Shown: positions 1-8,293 of the stretch, in pieces | Layout of the letters: every line of letters begins with the position of its first letter | Numbering within the stretch: position 1 is the first letter of the stretch | Origin: a virus | Direction: 5' to 3' (one strand) | IMG/VR virus record: IMGVR_UViG_3300021091_000020 | Location: 59,503-123,502 of that record | Length of the DNA stretch: 64,000 bases | Program-made: the position numbers and the translations under genes | Notes under the pieces: generated by a model | The model's input: the letters and a program-made list of their open reading frames with translations, nothing else | What the model was told of the DNA's origin: nothing | The model's database searches: none

Positions 1-93
1 ACGGACTACCCAAATGTTTTCGTGTTTTTCGATAACAATTTCAGGTAAAGTTATAGTGACATCTTTCGTGGGATATTGAAAGAAGTCTGTCAT
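1..93 (-). CDS. Partial ORF (N-terminus only, runs off the window); possibly a PLP-dependent ACC deaminase/cysteine desulfhydrase-like enzyme
   Basis: ATG at 93 preceded by AAGGTG; manual translation MTDFFQYPTKDVTITLPEIVIEKHENIWVVR. The IWVVR ending resembles the start of the VxRDD motif of fold-II PLP enzymes, but only 31 codons are visible. Confidence 0.35.
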   Translation of the reverse strand, partial: MTDFFQYPTKDVTITLPEIVIEKHENIWVVR

Positions 94-101
94 GTGTCAC
101 C

Positions 102-359
102 TTAAAGACTATTGATAATTTGTTCGTAATATGACATTGGTTTTAATCCAACAACTTGCTGAACTACTTTACCATGTTTTTCAAACAAAACAGTTGGAAC
201 TGCACGAACACCATATTGTTGTGCTATTTCTGAATTTTGATCAATATCTATTTTTTGATAGCCAATCATTGGATATTCCCCAACTATTTTTTGTATGATT
301 GGCGTTAATTGTTTACACGGTTGGCACCATGCTGCTGTGAAATGTTTTATTGTAATCAT
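102..359 (-). CDS. trxA: Thioredoxin
   Basis: WCQPC active site, VPT cis-Pro motif, 85 aa. Confidence 0.92.
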   Translation of the reverse strand: MITIKHFTAAWCQPCKQLTPIIQKIVGEYPMIGYQKIDIDQNSEIAQQYGVRAVPTVLFEKHGKVVQQVVGLKPMSYYEQIINSL

Positions 360-390
360 AATATATTACATATTGTTAAAAATGTATAAT

Positions 391-425
391 CAAATATATG
401 AATTTTTGAAATAAAAAGCAAGCAA
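391..425 (-). promoter_or_regulatory. Putative host-RNAP (early/middle) promoter upstream of thioredoxin
   Basis: Minus strand TTGCTTGCTT-N12-ATTCATATATTTG; contains the Bacteroidota -7 element TAnnTTTG with a TTG 20 nt upstream; near-identical copy at 15898-15932. Confidence 0.65.
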
Positions 426-433
426 ATACTTTA

Positions 434-745
434 TTAAAATTCATCACCTTCTATTTGTATGTCTTTTATACTTGAGAATATGGATGATAAAGAAAACCCA
501 CTATTTGAGTCCATCCCAGCAAAAAAGTTAGTGTCAGGCATATTTTCTCTATCATCTGTTTCTTCCAGAGGAATTGCTTCTTCGTCTGGTTCATTCAATT
601 CACCGAAAGAATTACATAATATTTGGTATATTTTATTGTCATACTCTACTATATGAGACATATCTGTAAAATCTTCGGTATCAAAGTTGTAATATGGTGC
701 AGTTTCAAGTATGATACCTTTTTTATAGACATGTAAATTTTTCAT
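434..745 (-). CDS. Hypothetical acidic protein
   Basis: 103-aa ORF with GGAGG SD, co-oriented with neighbours. Confidence 0.7.
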   Translation of the reverse strand: MKNLHVYKKGIILETAPYYNFDTEDFTDMSHIVEYDNKIYQILCNSFGELNEPDEEAIPLEETDDRENMPDTNFFAGMDSNSGFSLSSIFSSIKDIQIEGDEF

Positions 746-760
746 AAAAAACCTCCAATT

Positions 761-3700
761 CTATGTTGATATTGCAATTTTTAAATATACTTCATCATTT
801 GGTGTTTTAATAATTGGTTTACTTGGTTTAGCTATAGCAACCAATTCATTTTGATCACTGTAAAATCCTATTGCTGTAATATATGTAATCGGTTCATTAT
901 CAAAACACTCATTCTTTATTTTTCCTTTCTGTGATAGTGCATTGTCAGAAACAACAAATGTGGGATTATTACTATAATTTGCTTCCATGTGTTTTATCTT
1001 TAAAAGGTATTCTGTTCTTATTTTCTTATGGGCTTTTCTAGCTCTAATAGGATTATTCAAAGAAGCGGCACCACTTATTGATGTAAATATTTTACTGGAA
1101 TTATCACCATTTATATTACTGCCGGTTACGGTATTAAAGCTCAATTCATTACGCAATTTTTTTCCATCCAATACAACTAAATTTAATAAAGGATATATTG
1201 TTCCATAAGTATGCAATGAACTTGTATTATAGTATCCGTTTACTAAACTACCACTAACAATATCAAATGATGTATACGGTGATGTTGAACAAAATTCTTC
1301 ATTTCTTAAATCATTTGAAGTATCTATCAAAGTTATTATTTTTTTCGATGAACTGACTTGAACATTACTACCAGTAAATACATTGTTGGCATAAGTACCA
1401 CCATTTAATTCTGCCAAACTTAATTCAAAGTTTCCAGGATCTATACCATCTTTTGCATATTCACTATAAAAGTTAATAGTATAAATTTCATCAACATTTT
1501 GGTCAATCACGCCATTTGTGTAGAAACTAAATTTAGTTGTTGGTGATTCTTGTGTTATCAATCTGTATCTCGAATAAACAGCGCGTGATGGTGAATCATT
1601 TGACTCAAATGAACTCTGAACTGATCCTGAACCATTAAAGTTACCATAACTAACTGCAAAATATGGAGAGTATGTTTCACATTGATGACAACCTACAACG
1701 TCTCTATGATATTCATATGAGGAACTTCTTTGCATAGAAGAAGTGAAATAACAATCAGGACTATCTGAATTATTGAACATCGGATAATTTTCTATTATTT
1801 CTTTTGCATATAAAATATCCGTTTCAGGATTTATCTTATGATGAACTTTAACATCAACTTTACCACAATCAATGCTAACCGAATATCTAGTTTCTGTTTT
1901 CTTTGGTAATTTGTTTGGTGGAATTATTTGATTATCATAATAATAAAGACCATCATCCAAACAAATTTCATAAACATTATCTATGTATATTTCTCTGCAT
2001 CCACATGGATCATCGGGATCAATAACTGGTGTTCCAGCAACTTTTATTTCTATACAATCACACATTATTTTTTCGGGTTTTTCCCAAACTGTTTGTGTAG
2101 TTGTGATATACTCTATACTTCCGCTAAAAAATCCATTGTAACGCTTCCAAGCAAAACCATCGAATATAACATTTTCTTCTCCCTCATTCAACGGCGATGC
2201 ATCTGTCCAGCAATCTTTACTATGAGTCACTTCATAGTATTCTGTAATATCGTATACCGTTTTATATCCCTGATAACATGGAGATTGAGGATCTCTTGTT
2301 TTTATAGTTTCTGTTAATTCCTCATTTCTTATTTTTGTTATTTTAGGAACAAAACCAATTATTTTTGGTAATTTTTCTTCAGGAACTTCATCTATTCCTA
2401 CTACGAATTGAAACGAAGGATCTACAAATTCTTTTGCTTCTAAAAATGGATTACTACTGTATGGAATCCACACGGCATCTTCACAATTTACATATTCTGG
2501 TTTAACATCGGCTGCAAGATCCGAACCGGGTGCCTTTGGATATTCGTCTCTAAAATCCCATCTATATGAACTTTGAGTGCAAGGAGTTTCACCTATTACT
2601 TTATTTTTGAAACGAGTTATGTCATAAGGAATAACATATTTATCAACCGCATCTTTTAATACCAATTTACCAAAAACTCCTTTAGGTTCTTGATCAATCA
2701 ATATAGGAAGATTACCAAACGAATAACTGTAATATTTTTCATTTTCTTGAAGATATGGTTGCCAATGTCTATTATTCATCTCCTCATATGCATTTTGTTT
2801 CAATATATGATTCAAGAGAGTTATTCTTGTTTCTCCGTTAATAAAAGAAAGTTCATAATCTTTCATTCTATCTAACGTGACTGGATCTCCAGGTTTTAAT
2901 CCCGGTAAACCCATTTTGTATTTTCTATTTCTATCTGCACCAGTTAGAGCGGATCTTATATTATTTGCATGGTGATTATACCCTTGACTTAATGGAAATA
3001 ACGAATTAATTTGACTAACACTAAATCTGTATTCATATTTAACAGAGTTCCAATCAAATAAATCTTCACAATCTTGATTTATGCTAGTTACTAATTGACC
3101 TCTTGCTAAAATATAATCTGGATAAAGAATACCAACAAACATACGTACTGTGCCAAATGATGGATTTTGTATATCTCTGTAAGTTGGAATATACATATAC
3201 AAATCTGCAATTAGATTGAAAACTCCTGGAATTACTCTATTATTTACTTCCGCAATAGTTCGGGTTCTCTTTTTTACTCTACCACGTGAATCTCTTTCAA
3301 TATCGTATGTTGGAACAAATCGTATATCTCTAAAAAAGTAATTTGCAAATTGTGGATTTGGTCCGTTTGGAACATAATACTTTCTATCATCTTCGTAATT
3401 ATCAACAGGAATTATGTATGCCGGATTCAAAGAATGAAAACCATCAATAGTATTTCCACTCAAAGTATTTCGTGCTCTTTCATTTTCTATTTCCAAATAA
3501 GAACGTGTACTGGCATAAACATCATTTGCATATCCAGTTGTTCCGAATCTAAATGTTGGTGCAAGAATCAATCCTTTTGATGTCTCTATCCACATATCTT
3601 TCGCATCAAATGATAATGGAGGACATCCGGATGAACCCATGAGCAATGCTTTATCGGTAACAAAACTTAAAGATCTCCTGTTTCCTAAAAAATAATCAGG

Positions 3701-5650
3701 TATAGGTTTTAATATATTACCATCTTTATCTAATTGAGTTCCAATTGGTAAATTTTTTGGTCCGGTATAATTTGGTGGGTATCCTGCGTCATTTTGCAAA
3801 ATTGTGTATGGATTTACAAAAAGTGTTGCTCTTCCAGGATATAAACCATTGAATGTATTTGGAACATTTCTTAAACATATCCAAGGACTACGATAAAATC
3901 CTTCACGGCCAATTTCAACTCCTGGTGGTATTTGACCAAATTTATTTTGATCCCATTGACCACCGTACCATAGAACCATTCCTTTTGCCACTTGTGTAGC
4001 ATCAAGTGGCTTAACGTATTCGGTTGGCCTATAAAATGCATTTGCTGGTGGAATAACGGCTGCGGATGATGCATTTGTTAGACCAGCAAGATTTGTTGTT
4101 GAAGTGATATTACCTGAATTTACAAGTGAAATGTTTCCCGATTTAAAAATTTCATCTTGGTATCTGGATGTTCTATAAAATGGTCCAGATCTAGTACCAT
4201 CTGGATTATCTACCCAATATTTTTCAGCTTGATATGCAAAACTTGGACTTCCCCATTCGGGTATCCATTCCCAGTCTATGAATTTTACATACATTCCAAA
4301 AAAATCAAGAAAGCCCTTATCGTTTTTTTGAAAATTTTCTCGGCCTGCGGGTGGATTGTTAAAATTTAACCAATTCATATCTAATTTTTCATCACTAGAA
4401 TTTTCATCAAGTGCCACCGTTCTAGCAACTAGTATGTTATCATTTCCTCTTGCCGGCGGTTTTGATAACCCGTAATATATGTATAGTTTATCCAGCGTAA
4501 CGCTAGCAAATCTAAACATATTAGCTTCAGCATCCGTTTCAACGCTAAAGTCATTATCTTGTCCATAAAACCCAAGTGGTGGTTCCAAGAAAAATGTTGT
4601 ATTCGGTGATGGTGTTCCATCTTTTTTTACTGATTGTTCTTCACCAATATAAGCAATTTTTCTGCTATGATTTGCCCAAATAACGTGTTGTGCTATAGGT
4701 CTTTTGTGTGACTCTATTTTACCATCTGGTGTAAATACAACTCTTGATGTGTCATCTCCCAATGAAACTGTATTTCGTATTCTATCCGCAAGTGAAACTA
4801 AAACACCTTCTTTACCAACTTCGTCACCAAATTCATCAAGTATAGGAACTGTGCCAGATCTTGATGATTGTTGTTTTATTGTTAAGTTTGTCAATAGTTC
4901 AATATCATCTACTTCAAAGTACCATTCATAATCAATACCGTCTGGCTTTCCTGCAGTTTGAGGACATTTTCTTGTTCTATAAACAAGTTTTGAAGTTGCA
5001 AGAACAACATTTTTTTGAACTATTCCAGTTAGTATCTGTTGAAACGGTCTATAAACATCATTTGCAATGTCTTCATTATAGAAAGGACTAGTTGAATCTA
5101 GAGTTGCATCCGAAACAAGTGGTTGTTCTGGAAATTGAATATAACGAGTGAATTTTCCATGTAAATCTGCTACTAAATTCCATCCACCATTTATTATTCT
5201 TTCCCCAATTCTAGTTCTCTGTCTTGCACCAGTTGAATCAACTGCAGGAACTAGTCTTACTCTATCAAATGCATAAGTTATTTCACTAAATTCACCACCT
5301 TCATATTCATATTCGGGCAAAGCACCGTTATCTATAAAATATGCATCTGCGGATTTTACTTCTGTACCAGATCTATGCCATTGTTTTGTTTTTCCTACTA
5401 TTTTTACTTCTTCCGAAAATGTTGATGCCAAATATATCGGCATTGTTTTTTTTAAGTAATTATTATTTTTTGGAATTATATTTAATTTTGCACCTTGCGT
5501 TCCACTATCACCAAAATTACTAACTGCAACATTTGGTTTAAGAATGTAAAAAGGTAATATCCGGGTATCTACTTCTTGTAATGAATCTGGAACTGGTGTA
5601 TATGTAAACGGACTGTCACCGATTTGCGGTGCTATGTATTGATCTGCCAT
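761..5650 (-). CDS. Large virion structural protein (baseplate/tail-fibre attachment-like)
   Basis: 1629 aa; C-terminal NYSNNPTF...TYITAIGFYSDQNELVAIAKPSKPI resembles tail-collar/fibre-attachment domains; Cys-rich segment before it. Confidence 0.6.
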   Translation of the reverse strand: MADQYIAPQIGDSPFTYTPVPDSLQEVDTRILPFYILKPNVAVSNFGDSGTQGAKLNIIPKNNNYLKKTMPIYLASTFSEEVKIVGKTKQWHRSGTEVKSADAYFIDNGALPEYEYEGGEFSEITYAFDRVRLVPAVDSTGARQRTRIGERIINGGWNLVADLHGKFTRYIQFPEQPLVSDATLDSTSPFYNEDIANDVYRPFQQILTGIVQKNVVLATSKLVYRTRKCPQTAGKPDGIDYEWYFEVDDIELLTNLTIKQQSSRSGTVPILDEFGDEVGKEGVLVSLADRIRNTVSLGDDTSRVVFTPDGKIESHKRPIAQHVIWANHSRKIAYIGEEQSVKKDGTPSPNTTFFLEPPLGFYGQDNDFSVETDAEANMFRFASVTLDKLYIYYGLSKPPARGNDNILVARTVALDENSSDEKLDMNWLNFNNPPAGRENFQKNDKGFLDFFGMYVKFIDWEWIPEWGSPSFAYQAEKYWVDNPDGTRSGPFYRTSRYQDEIFKSGNISLVNSGNITSTTNLAGLTNASSAAVIPPANAFYRPTEYVKPLDATQVAKGMVLWYGGQWDQNKFGQIPPGVEIGREGFYRSPWICLRNVPNTFNGLYPGRATLFVNPYTILQNDAGYPPNYTGPKNLPIGTQLDKDGNILKPIPDYFLGNRRSLSFVTDKALLMGSSGCPPLSFDAKDMWIETSKGLILAPTFRFGTTGYANDVYASTRSYLEIENERARNTLSGNTIDGFHSLNPAYIIPVDNYEDDRKYYVPNGPNPQFANYFFRDIRFVPTYDIERDSRGRVKKRTRTIAEVNNRVIPGVFNLIADLYMYIPTYRDIQNPSFGTVRMFVGILYPDYILARGQLVTSINQDCEDLFDWNSVKYEYRFSVSQINSLFPLSQGYNHHANNIRSALTGADRNRKYKMGLPGLKPGDPVTLDRMKDYELSFINGETRITLLNHILKQNAYEEMNNRHWQPYLQENEKYYSYSFGNLPILIDQEPKGVFGKLVLKDAVDKYVIPYDITRFKNKVIGETPCTQSSYRWDFRDEYPKAPGSDLAADVKPEYVNCEDAVWIPYSSNPFLEAKEFVDPSFQFVVGIDEVPEEKLPKIIGFVPKITKIRNEELTETIKTRDPQSPCYQGYKTVYDITEYYEVTHSKDCWTDASPLNEGEENVIFDGFAWKRYNGFFSGSIEYITTTQTVWEKPEKIMCDCIEIKVAGTPVIDPDDPCGCREIYIDNVYEICLDDGLYYYDNQIIPPNKLPKKTETRYSVSIDCGKVDVKVHHKINPETDILYAKEIIENYPMFNNSDSPDCYFTSSMQRSSSYEYHRDVVGCHQCETYSPYFAVSYGNFNGSGSVQSSFESNDSPSRAVYSRYRLITQESPTTKFSFYTNGVIDQNVDEIYTINFYSEYAKDGIDPGNFELSLAELNGGTYANNVFTGSNVQVSSSKKIITLIDTSNDLRNEEFCSTSPYTSFDIVSGSLVNGYYNTSSLHTYGTIYPLLNLVVLDGKKLRNELSFNTVTGSNINGDNSSKIFTSISGAASLNNPIRARKAHKKIRTEYLLKIKHMEANYSNNPTFVVSDNALSQKGKIKNECFDNEPITYITAIGFYSDQNELVAIAKPSKPIIKTPNDEVYLKIAIST

Positions 5651-5684
5651 GATAATAACTTATTTATGTAACAATTATTATTTG

Positions 5685-6020
5685 TTAAATTGATGCAATA
5701 ACTGCACCATATTCTTTTGCTTCAAATTTTTCTCTTACCATATCCATCAACCCCTTCTCAACTTCTTTTTTATATTGTTCAATAAAGTATGGAGTTCCTT
5801 CTTCTGCCTTTTCAATATCTTTTATTGCTTCTAATTTTGTAACACATTTCTTTTCACCAACTAATTTTGCAAGTTCAATGAGTGCCTGTGTATCATCATC
5901 CTTTTCTTCAACCGCCTTTTCAATTTTCTTTATAGCAGTTTTTACTTTTTGTCCAAGTCCTTCATCTTCTTCTTTCAATAAAAGACTTTTTAATTTCAAA
6001 GATTTCATTACAAACTCCAA
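5685..6020 (-). CDS. Hypothetical protein with LKLKSLLLKE leader (candidate internal head protein)
   Basis: Lys/Glu-rich; N-terminal tag shared with other ORFs; probable start at the internal Met after GGAG. Confidence 0.6.
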   Translation of the reverse strand: MEFVMKSLKLKSLLLKEEDEGLGQKVKTAIKKIEKAVEEKDDDTQALIELAKLVGEKKCVTKLEAIKDIEKAEEGTPYFIEQYKKEVEKGLMDMVREKFEAKEYGAVIASI

Positions 6021-6023
6021 TGT

Positions 6024-6227
6024 TTATTTACGAGATAATAAAAAATAAAGTCCAAAAAATAACAGCGCTACCGAATAAAATATAATATCGGTAACGATGT
6101 AACTCCCGGTAAGTTTTGTTACTAAAGCAAAGGCCGCATCGAACCCAAGAGGATTGAAAAATGTCCCAAGCACTAAACATATTTTTGCCAACACATCTTT
6201 TAATTGTTTTGAGTTTCTTTTTGACAT
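6024..6227 (-). CDS. Small membrane protein (two hydrophobic helices)
   Basis: Start reassigned to MSKRNSKQ (6227) because the longer ORF overlaps a terminator and the upstream motif; NPLGFD between hydrophobic segments. Confidence 0.55.
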   Translation of the reverse strand: MSKRNSKQLKDVLAKICLVLGTFFNPLGFDAAFALVTKLTGSYIVTDIIFYSVALLFFGLYFLLSRK

Positions 6228-6293
6228 TACGCCATCCCATGTAGTTGCCTTTGTGTGAAAAAATACTTCTGTAACTATAAATATGAGATAAAT

Positions 6294-6320
6294 AAAAAAG
6301 GGTGATGTTTCCACCACCCT
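6294..6320 (-). terminator. Intrinsic terminator after hsp20
   Basis: AGGGTGGTG-GAAA-CATCACCCT followed by a T run on the minus strand. Confidence 0.8.
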
Positions 6321-6337
6321 AAACTTAACATCTAATC

Positions 6338-6733
6338 TTATTTTACTTTGATTGTTATTTCTTCGGGTTCCGTTGGTTTTTCATACGGAACTGAAATATG
6401 AAGAATACCATTCTCAACACTAGCAGTAACTCCTTTCAAATCATATTTGATTTTACCGTTTGGTAATTCAAATCTCAATTCAATTGTTTTTTCACCGAAG
6501 ATGTTTGTAACCTTTCTGTGACCTGTTACATTAAGGATATTGTTTTTTACCGTAATGTTAATATCCTCTTTTGCACAACCAGGAACTTCTGCATAAATGT
6601 TACGAACTCCATCCGCGTCTTGAACTAATGTTCGAGTATTAAAACGAGGTAAATCAAGATGTGTTTTGGACAACTGATTTACAACGTCATCCCATAAATT
6701 GTCTCTACGAAGAATAGAATTTATCGTTACCAT
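6338..6733 (-). CDS. Small heat-shock protein (Hsp20/alpha-crystallin)
   Basis: EVPGxxKEDINI, RFELP and ASVENGILHISVP motifs. Confidence 0.9.
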   Translation of the reverse strand: MVTINSILRRDNLWDDVVNQLSKTHLDLPRFNTRTLVQDADGVRNIYAEVPGCAKEDINITVKNNILNVTGHRKVTNIFGEKTIELRFELPNGKIKYDLKGVTASVENGILHISVPYEKPTEPEEITIKVK

Positions 6734-6763
6734 AATAACCTCGAAAAATTAAAAATAAAAAAG

Positions 6764-6949
6764 TTAATTAGATAATTTAGCAGCTTTTGCTTCGGCAACA
6801 GATGCTTGATTATACGGTGTAATCAATTTCTTAATTGCACTTGCCGCCTTACGAGCAATAGCAGCATCTTTCTTTTTTGTTGAATTATGTGCAACTGTAA
6901 ACTCATTGAATAAGTTTGTTAGTTGGGCATAGATTTCTTGCTTGGCCAT
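6764..6949 (-). CDS. Histone H1-like (Hc1-type) small basic protein
   Basis: 61 aa, KxAAxARKAxxxIKKL helical pattern; strong AGGAGG SD. Confidence 0.6.
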   Translation of the reverse strand: MAKQEIYAQLTNLFNEFTVAHNSTKKKDAAIARKAASAIKKLITPYNQASVAEAKAAKLSN

Positions 6950-6973
6950 AAAACCTCCTGTGTATAATATAAC

Positions 6974-7849
6974 CTACATTATCTCCGGTATCGGTAATTT
7001 TGCATTGGTTATACTTTGTATAAAAAACTTGCGAATTGTGTCTCGCATTCCTGAAACTTTACTTTGTTTGTTAAATACAACATCATATAATTTTTCAAAT
7101 GATGCAGCATCAGCGATAGTATACTGATCTCCCAAAAAGAAATGTATCATTTCTTCCGGTGTTTGTGTTACAAAACTTTCACTACCTGCAATAGTTTTAC
7201 CGGCTTTGATAATACTACCACCTTTACCGGCATAACTTTTTGCTAATCTATAAATTCCTTTGTCATGTCTCATAACATACTTCTCAACTTCAATCGGAAC
7301 ATCCTTATCGGTTTTCTTTAATACTTTGTAATCAACCGCAGAAACAACTGCAGCCAATAAAAAGTTTCTATATGCTTGTTTATATTTTGACTCACCCTTT
7401 GAATAATCCGGTGATGAATAAACAAATTGTGTCCAATTAACATTATTTGATAACATGAAATCAACTTGCACAGGTTCTTCCGTAACTCTGCCGACTATTG
7501 GAAACGGAATAGAAACTTGTGAGAACCCACGAAGTGGCTTTGCATCATAACCCATCTTTTCCAATTCCTTTATCAACCAATCCAATACATCACTTAATTT
7601 CAAACCATTGGCGGATGCCAATTGATCCATTGAAATACCAATGTCCAAGTCACCTGATAATTGAACATCAGGTTTCTTTCCTGCACTACCGAGTATGAAA
7701 CAATCTGTTCCAAAACCGATAAGACCGAGTGGTTTCAAAACAACTGTCTCAATTTTTGAGACAGTTGCCGCCACTTCATTTTGTTTAATCGCCACGGCAT
7801 CGGGAAACATATTCCCACCCTCTGTCAATAATTTCTTTAATTTAATCAT
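6974..7849 (-). CDS. Pol-beta-superfamily nucleotidyltransferase with MIKLKKLLTE leader
   Basis: LGSAGKK...SGDLDI (hGS...DxD) and a third acidic residue in VQVDFM. Confidence 0.7.
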   Translation of the reverse strand: MIKLKKLLTEGGNMFPDAVAIKQNEVAATVSKIETVVLKPLGLIGFGTDCFILGSAGKKPDVQLSGDLDIGISMDQLASANGLKLSDVLDWLIKELEKMGYDAKPLRGFSQVSIPFPIVGRVTEEPVQVDFMLSNNVNWTQFVYSSPDYSKGESKYKQAYRNFLLAAVVSAVDYKVLKKTDKDVPIEVEKYVMRHDKGIYRLAKSYAGKGGSIIKAGKTIAGSESFVTQTPEEMIHFFLGDQYTIADAASFEKLYDVVFNKQSKVSGMRDTIRKFFIQSITNAKLPIPEIM

Positions 7850-7866
7850 GTTATATCAAAAATATG

Positions 7867-8286
7867 TGTTATAGTTCTTTGGATAATGTGTTTAATAATA
7901 ATTATACTTTATTTTTATTTTACTTTACCCAAACCATCAATTCTTTCATGCACGAATTTTATTTCACCAACAACTTCTTGTTGTGATTTATCAATTCTTT
8001 CGTGGATGAACCGATGTTCTTTTTCAATAACCGAACTCAAGCTATCAACTCTGGAATCAATCATTCGTCTAAAATAATCATCTGTTGATGTAATTCGTTG
8101 ATCCAATTGATTAACTACTGTATCAACTAACCTCTCTAAATTATTTAGTTCTTTGTTTAATCTACTAATTTTGAACATACCCACAACTACAACCGTAACT
8201 GCCGTTAAGACTGTAACTGCACATACACCCAACCAAAATGAAGTTATATCCATAACTTTTCTCCTTATTCCCAAAGAACTATAACA
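7867..8286. repeat. Perfect 16-bp inverted repeat pair flanking one gene
   Basis: tgttatagttctttgg at 7867-7882 and its reverse complement ccaaagaactataaca at 8271-8286. Confidence 0.9.
7915..8253 (-). CDS. Single-pass membrane protein with coiled-coil tail
   Basis: AAGGAG SD before ATG 8253; N-terminal hydrophobic helix (FWLGVCAVTVLTAVTVVVVGMF); heptad-like tail with duplicated F(I/V)HERID. Confidence 0.75.
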   Translation of the reverse strand: MDITSFWLGVCAVTVLTAVTVVVVGMFKISRLNKELNNLERLVDTVVNQLDQRITSTDDYFRRMIDSRVDSLSSVIEKEHRFIHERIDKSQQEVVGEIKFVHERIDGLGKVK

Positions 8287-8293
8287 TTATTAT

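Noticed and set aside
6228-6317. N-terminal extension of ORF 6024-6317 and the alternative ORF 6028-6240
   Set aside because: The extension overlaps the hsp20 terminator and the conserved motif; the alternative frame has no supporting features
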